NCBI GenBank assembly: GCA_963769425.1
Contig: CAVYLP010000001.1
Coordinates: 64,001 to 128,000 of the forward strand
Origin: Candidatus Bathyarchaeota archaeon
GTDB lineage: Archaea > Thermoproteota > Bathyarchaeia > TCS64
DNA length: 64,000 bases
Direction: 5' to 3'
Program-made: the position numbers and the translations under genes
The notes under the pieces: generated by a model
Told to the model about the DNA's origin: nothing
The model's database searches: none
The model's input: only the letters and a program-made list of their open reading frames with translations
Shown: positions 60,191 to 64,000 of the stretch, piece by piece
Position numbering within the stretch: position 1 is the first letter of the stretch
How the letters are laid out: every line of letters starts with the position of its first letter

Positions 60191-62521
60191 TCAACCTGAT
60201 AAAAGTCGCCGCTTCTCCGGTGAGAGCTTACCCATCTGCTTCACCTGCTCCGTAAAATCCGAGATGAACTTAGGGAGCATCTTAAAGATGGGGAGCACCA
60301 TGGGTTGGAGGCGAACCCTCCCCGGTTCTATACCGAGTCCACTCAGTACCTCAGAGACATCAGCAACTAGCTTCTCCGCTAGCTCGGCCTCGTGGCTATC
60401 CTCCACCTCGCAGATGAACACCCCGTCAGCGCCCAACCCCATCGCCTTCAGGATGGTCTCCTTACTCAAGAGCGCGGTCGAGGTCATCCTCATTATCCTT
60501 ATGTTCGTCGGATAGTGAAGCCTCGCCGTGCCCGCGTTGTCGGCTGCCGTGTAACTTATATTATCGTCGAAGAAGCCGAGCACCGCAACATCGCCCTCCG
60601 TCCCGGAGAGGAGAGCCTTAGCCTCCTCAAGCAGAACCTCCCCTGAGTTGTTAGGTATCCTCAGCGCATCCTTGGGGCAAACAGCGATACACGCCCCGCA
60701 GCCGTTGCAGCTCACAGGATCCAGCACGGGCCCCTCGCCGCCCATCGACAAAGCGCCCCTGACGCAGGCGACCGCGCATGCACCGCAGAGGTCGCACTCG
60801 CCATCGTGGACCGGCTTCTCTGGGCTCAGCTTCGCCGTTCCGTCCCCCACGAAGTTGTAGACGTGGCTCGCCGCGGCCCTCGCGTCGACGACCGAGTCGT
60901 GTATGTCCTTCGTTCCCGTGGCGACACCGACGGCGAAGACGCCCTCCCTAAGCGTCGAGATCGGGTCGAGCTTAACGTGCTTCGGCGCCACAAAGAGGTC
61001 CTCCCCGAGGGCTACCCCGAGGCGGGACGCGAGCTCGCCCGTCCCAGCGGAGGGCACCATCGCGGAGCTGAGCACCACGAGGTCGACGGGATTCCTCAAC
61101 ATCAACCCCGTGTCTAGGTCCTCGACGATTATCTCGAACCGCCCATCGTCCAGAGGCGTCAGTCCGCCGGGCTTAGCGTGTATGAACTGGACCCCCTTCT
61201 CACGGGCCTCCCTGTAGAAGTCCTCGAACCCGCGCCCCGTCATGCGCATATCCGTATAGTAGATGTAGACCTTCAGAAATGGCAAAAACTTCCTGAGTAG
61301 GATGGCCTGCTTGATCGAGTAGGCGCAGCAGACGCTGCTGCAGTAACCTACGCCGTGGTGAGGGTCGCGGCTCCCCGCGCAGAGGATGTAGGCGATGGAC
61401 TTCACCCTCTCACCGTTACCACGCGTCAGGACCTTCCCCTCGGTGAGCTCATTCTCTATGAGCCTCTCAACCTGAAGGGCGTTCACGACCCCACTCATCT
61501 CAGGGTGGTACGTGCGAAGCACCTCCTCCCCGATGAGGTCGAAGCCAGTGGCCACTATCATCGACCCGGCGTCGACTGTGACGATCTTCTCCTGATCCTC
61601 TAGGTTGATCGCGCCGACTGGGCACGCCTCAACGCAGGCCCCACATCGCTTGCAGTGCTCGAAGTCGATTGCGAAGCTGGAGGGTACGGCCTGAGGGAAG
61701 GGGAGGTAAGCAGCCTTACGCTTATAGAGACCCTCCTCGAACTCGTTCGACACCTCAGTCGGGCAGACCTGACCGCATCGTCCACATTTCAAGCATTTGT
61801 CAGCATCGACGCCCCTCGGCGCGACCCTGACCTTGACGTGATAGTCTCCCGGGCCGCCCGACACCGAGGCGACCTCAGCACCAGTCAGGAGGGTAATGTT
61901 CTCGTCGTTTCCGACCTCAGCCATGCGTGGGCTGAGTATGCAGGGACTACAGTCAAGTGTTGGAAAAGTCTTGCTGAGCTGCGCCATCCGTCCCCCTATG
62001 CTGGGGCGACGCTCAACGAGGTTGACCTTGAACCCGCCCCTGCTGAGTTGTAGGGCCGCGGTTATCCCCGAGACGCCCCCGCCGATGACTAGCACGTCCC
62101 TATTTATCTTCACAACTTTCTCCTCGAGAGGCTCAAGGGTACGCGCACGCGCAACGCCGCCCCTGACTAGGCTGATTGCCTTCTCGGTAGCTCCCCTGTC
62201 GTGGACCCAGCTGCATTGCTCCCTCAAGTTGACGTGGACGAGCCGGTGTCGGTTTACACCGGCTTCCTCAACGACGCCGCGGAACATCTCCTCATGCATA
62301 TGTGGACTGCAGCAGGCGACAACTACTCGGTCCAACCCTTGGGACTTGATGCTGCCCTTTATCAGCTGGAGCCCCGGCTTTGAGCAGAGAAACTCGGTGA
62401 CCTGCCCCGTCTTGACGTCCTCCTCGTCCTTCACCGAATCGCGGACATTCTCGCAGTTCACGGTGCCCGATATGTTCCCGCCGCACTTACAGATGAATAC
62501 GCCTGTTGTCATGTCAGACAC
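60191..62521 (-). CDS. hdrA: Heterodisulfide reductase subunit A with fused MvhD-like domain
   Basis: GVFICKCG, NLREQCSWVH, IGGGVSG, KTFPTLDCSPC, ferredoxin motifs, CAGSRD..YCSSVCC; C-terminal Y.AAD.AG..R..YP.NIRI. Confidence 0.95.
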   Translation of the reverse strand: MSDMTTGVFICKCGGNISGTVNCENVRDSVKDEEDVKTGQVTEFLCSKPGLQLIKGSIKSQGLDRVVVACCSPHMHEEMFRGVVEEAGVNRHRLVHVNLREQCSWVHDRGATEKAISLVRGGVARARTLEPLEEKVVKINRDVLVIGGGVSGITAALQLSRGGFKVNLVERRPSIGGRMAQLSKTFPTLDCSPCILSPRMAEVGNDENITLLTGAEVASVSGGPGDYHVKVRVAPRGVDADKCLKCGRCGQVCPTEVSNEFEEGLYKRKAAYLPFPQAVPSSFAIDFEHCKRCGACVEACPVGAINLEDQEKIVTVDAGSMIVATGFDLIGEEVLRTYHPEMSGVVNALQVERLIENELTEGKVLTRGNGERVKSIAYILCAGSRDPHHGVGYCSSVCCAYSIKQAILLRKFLPFLKVYIYYTDMRMTGRGFEDFYREAREKGVQFIHAKPGGLTPLDDGRFEIIVEDLDTGLMLRNPVDLVVLSSAMVPSAGTGELASRLGVALGEDLFVAPKHVKLDPISTLREGVFAVGVATGTKDIHDSVVDARAAASHVYNFVGDGTAKLSPEKPVHDGECDLCGACAVACVRGALSMGGEGPVLDPVSCNGCGACIAVCPKDALRIPNNSGEVLLEEAKALLSGTEGDVAVLGFFDDNISYTAADNAGTARLHYPTNIRIMRMTSTALLSKETILKAMGLGADGVFICEVEDSHEAELAEKLVADVSEVLSGLGIEPGRVRLQPMVLPIFKMLPKFISDFTEQVKQMGKLSPEKRRLLSG

Positions 62522-63386
62522 CCACCTTCCCCAGGAGAGCTTGGACGCTCACCGAGTTCACGTCGAAGCCAAGCTTTGATGGATCGATTCCGAGTGCTAA
62601 TCCGAGTAACTGGGGGTAATAGAGGACGGGGAGGCCGAAATGCCTCCCGAGCTCCTCCTCCAAGTTCCTCTGGTACTTGTCGTACATAATCCCGCAGAAG
62701 GGACAGATGACAACCATGGCGTCAGCCTTCTCGGATAATTTCGCGAGCTTCTTCCCCGTCATCGCCTTAGCTATATCCTCACGGACAGCGAGTATCCCGC
62801 CGCCGCAGCAATCGGTCTTCCCCTGGTAGTCAAGGGTCTCCGCCCCAGTGGCCTCGACGAGCCTGTCGAGGGTGCCGGGGAACTCTGGGTCGTCGAATCC
62901 GGAATAGAGCGTGGATGGGCGCACATAGTGACACCCGGGGTGAGTGGCTATCTTAAGGCTCTTGAGCGGCTTTACGACCCGCACCCGAATGTTGTTAAGG
63001 CCGTAGTCGTCGTGGAGCATCCGCGCGAAGTGGATCACCCTCGGCCTCTCCCCCGCGTAGGTTACCCCCGCCTGCGCGAGGACCTTGACAACGCCCTTGG
63101 CGGCCTCAGCGTCCTCACCGAGCCTCTTCTCCGCCTTGCTCAGCATTTCGCCACATGCCGAGCAGAGGGTGACGAGAGTATAGCCGCTCGCCGACGCGAT
63201 CTGCAGGTTAGCAGCTGCCATTGACAGCGCCTTGACCTCGTCGACCGGCTCCACGGGGAACCCACAGCAGCCGTAGCCGCCGTCGACGAACTCGATGCCG
63301 AGCACCCTCGCAACCTCCCTCGCGGACTGCTCATAGTTCATCTGCCGGGTAGGAATCGTGCATCCGAGGAAGAGGCTGTACCTCAT
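62514..63386 (-). CDS. hdrB: Heterodisulfide reductase subunit B
   Basis: Two CCG domains: FLGC/CCG/CSAC and HPGCH/CCG/CPFC. Confidence 0.95.
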   Translation of the reverse strand: MRYSLFLGCTIPTRQMNYEQSAREVARVLGIEFVDGGYGCCGFPVEPVDEVKALSMAAANLQIASASGYTLVTLCSACGEMLSKAEKRLGEDAEAAKGVVKVLAQAGVTYAGERPRVIHFARMLHDDYGLNNIRVRVVKPLKSLKIATHPGCHYVRPSTLYSGFDDPEFPGTLDRLVEATGAETLDYQGKTDCCGGGILAVREDIAKAMTGKKLAKLSEKADAMVVICPFCGIMYDKYQRNLEEELGRHFGLPVLYYPQLLGLALGIDPSKLGFDVNSVSVQALLGKVGV

Positions 63387-63868
63387 GCCTTCGCCTCCGA
63401 GATGCGCTTAATGAACTCGGGCTCGGCCTCGACTGCGGGGAGACCCCGGTCGCTCCTCTCCTCGTTCGTAAAGTCGTCGACGGAATAGACGCGCCCGTTC
63501 CGCCTCAGGGTGTCGAGGAGCTTCGAGAGGTTGGCGGGAGCCACACCCTCTTTCGCCGCCATGTTCCTCAGGACCGTCATCACCTCGGGGGGGCGCACAT
63601 CCTGTGGGCACCTCTCAAGGCACATGAAGCACATGCTGCAGAGCCAGATCGTGTCGCTCGCGAAGACCTGCTTCTTAAGCCCCATCTTAGCCAGCTTCAT
63701 GATCCTCCGGGGGCTGAACGAAGCCTCCACCTCCCGAACTGGACAAGAGGCGGTGCATACCCCACACTGGAAGCACTTGCTGAGGTCGCTCGCGCCCAGC
63801 TCGGCTTCGAGCCTCCTCAGGAACCGGGTGTCAGCCTCGGATAGATCCACCACGCTGTCTGGGGCCAT
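63383..63868 (-). CDS. hdrC: Heterodisulfide reductase subunit C
   Basis: CFQCGVCTASCP and WLCSMCFMCLERCP. Confidence 0.95.
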   Translation of the reverse strand: MAPDSVVDLSEADTRFLRRLEAELGASDLSKCFQCGVCTASCPVREVEASFSPRRIMKLAKMGLKKQVFASDTIWLCSMCFMCLERCPQDVRPPEVMTVLRNMAAKEGVAPANLSKLLDTLRRNGRVYSVDDFTNEERSDRGLPAVEAEPEFIKRISEAKA

Positions 63869-63915
63869 CTGCTTCTGATGAATTACAGTGGATTAAAAAG
63901 ATTGAGAAGAAAGAG

Positions 63916-64000
63916 TTACGCCTTGGGGGTCTCGTAGATCTCTGTCTTCTTCGTGTACTCAGGCGCCCTCATCTCGACGGCGCCCGTGATCGCCTGCTGC
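63916..64000 (-). CDS. 3' end of an unidentified gene
   Basis: Open frame ...QQAITGAVEMRAPEYTKKTEIYETPKA* with host-like codons. Confidence 0.5.
   Translation of the reverse strand, partial: QQAITGAVEMRAPEYTKKTEIYETPKA

Noticed and set aside
39916-63878. Many long antisense or alternate-frame ORFs in the track
   Set aside because: Shadows of GC-rich genes with clear identities; no independent motifs.

Overview
Archaeal chromosome segment, most consistent with Bathyarchaeia. This is inferred from the gene set (S8e, TFB, Smc-ScpAB, archaeal CCA enzyme, HdrABC), frequent TTG starts and the type of integrase remnant. GC-rich core genes (hypE, smc-scpA-scpB, pepP, uppS, tfb, thpR-cca-kinase, peptidases, ggt, alr, nrdG, hdrCBA) alternate with AT-richer accessory tracts. 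(i) A signalling island at ~11.6-23.3 kb holds receivers, PAS/GAF kinases, three wHTH paralogues, TrmB, a prepilin peptidase, tRNA-Gln and a MITE. (ii) A 2.1-kb relic element in tRNA-Pro(GGG) has a split-integrase layout and is followed by small accessory genes. (iii) A 5.4-kb island (37576-42977) is bounded by a perfect 15-bp direct repeat and cut by two internal copies of the same ~31-bp palindromic site into three cassettes of very different composition (SIR2-domain protein, CocE/NonD hydrolase, beta-propeller protein). This integron- or dif-module-like array is the best candidate for an undescribed system. Other signals: two genes apparently starting at ACG, palindromic repeats behind an MmcB-like nuclease, a possible ~310-nt structured RNA, and an HdrA whose fused MvhD domain has lost its cysteines. 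About a dozen genes carry frameshifts, mostly +1, which are probably assembly errors. All product calls come from motif recognition; no database search was run.
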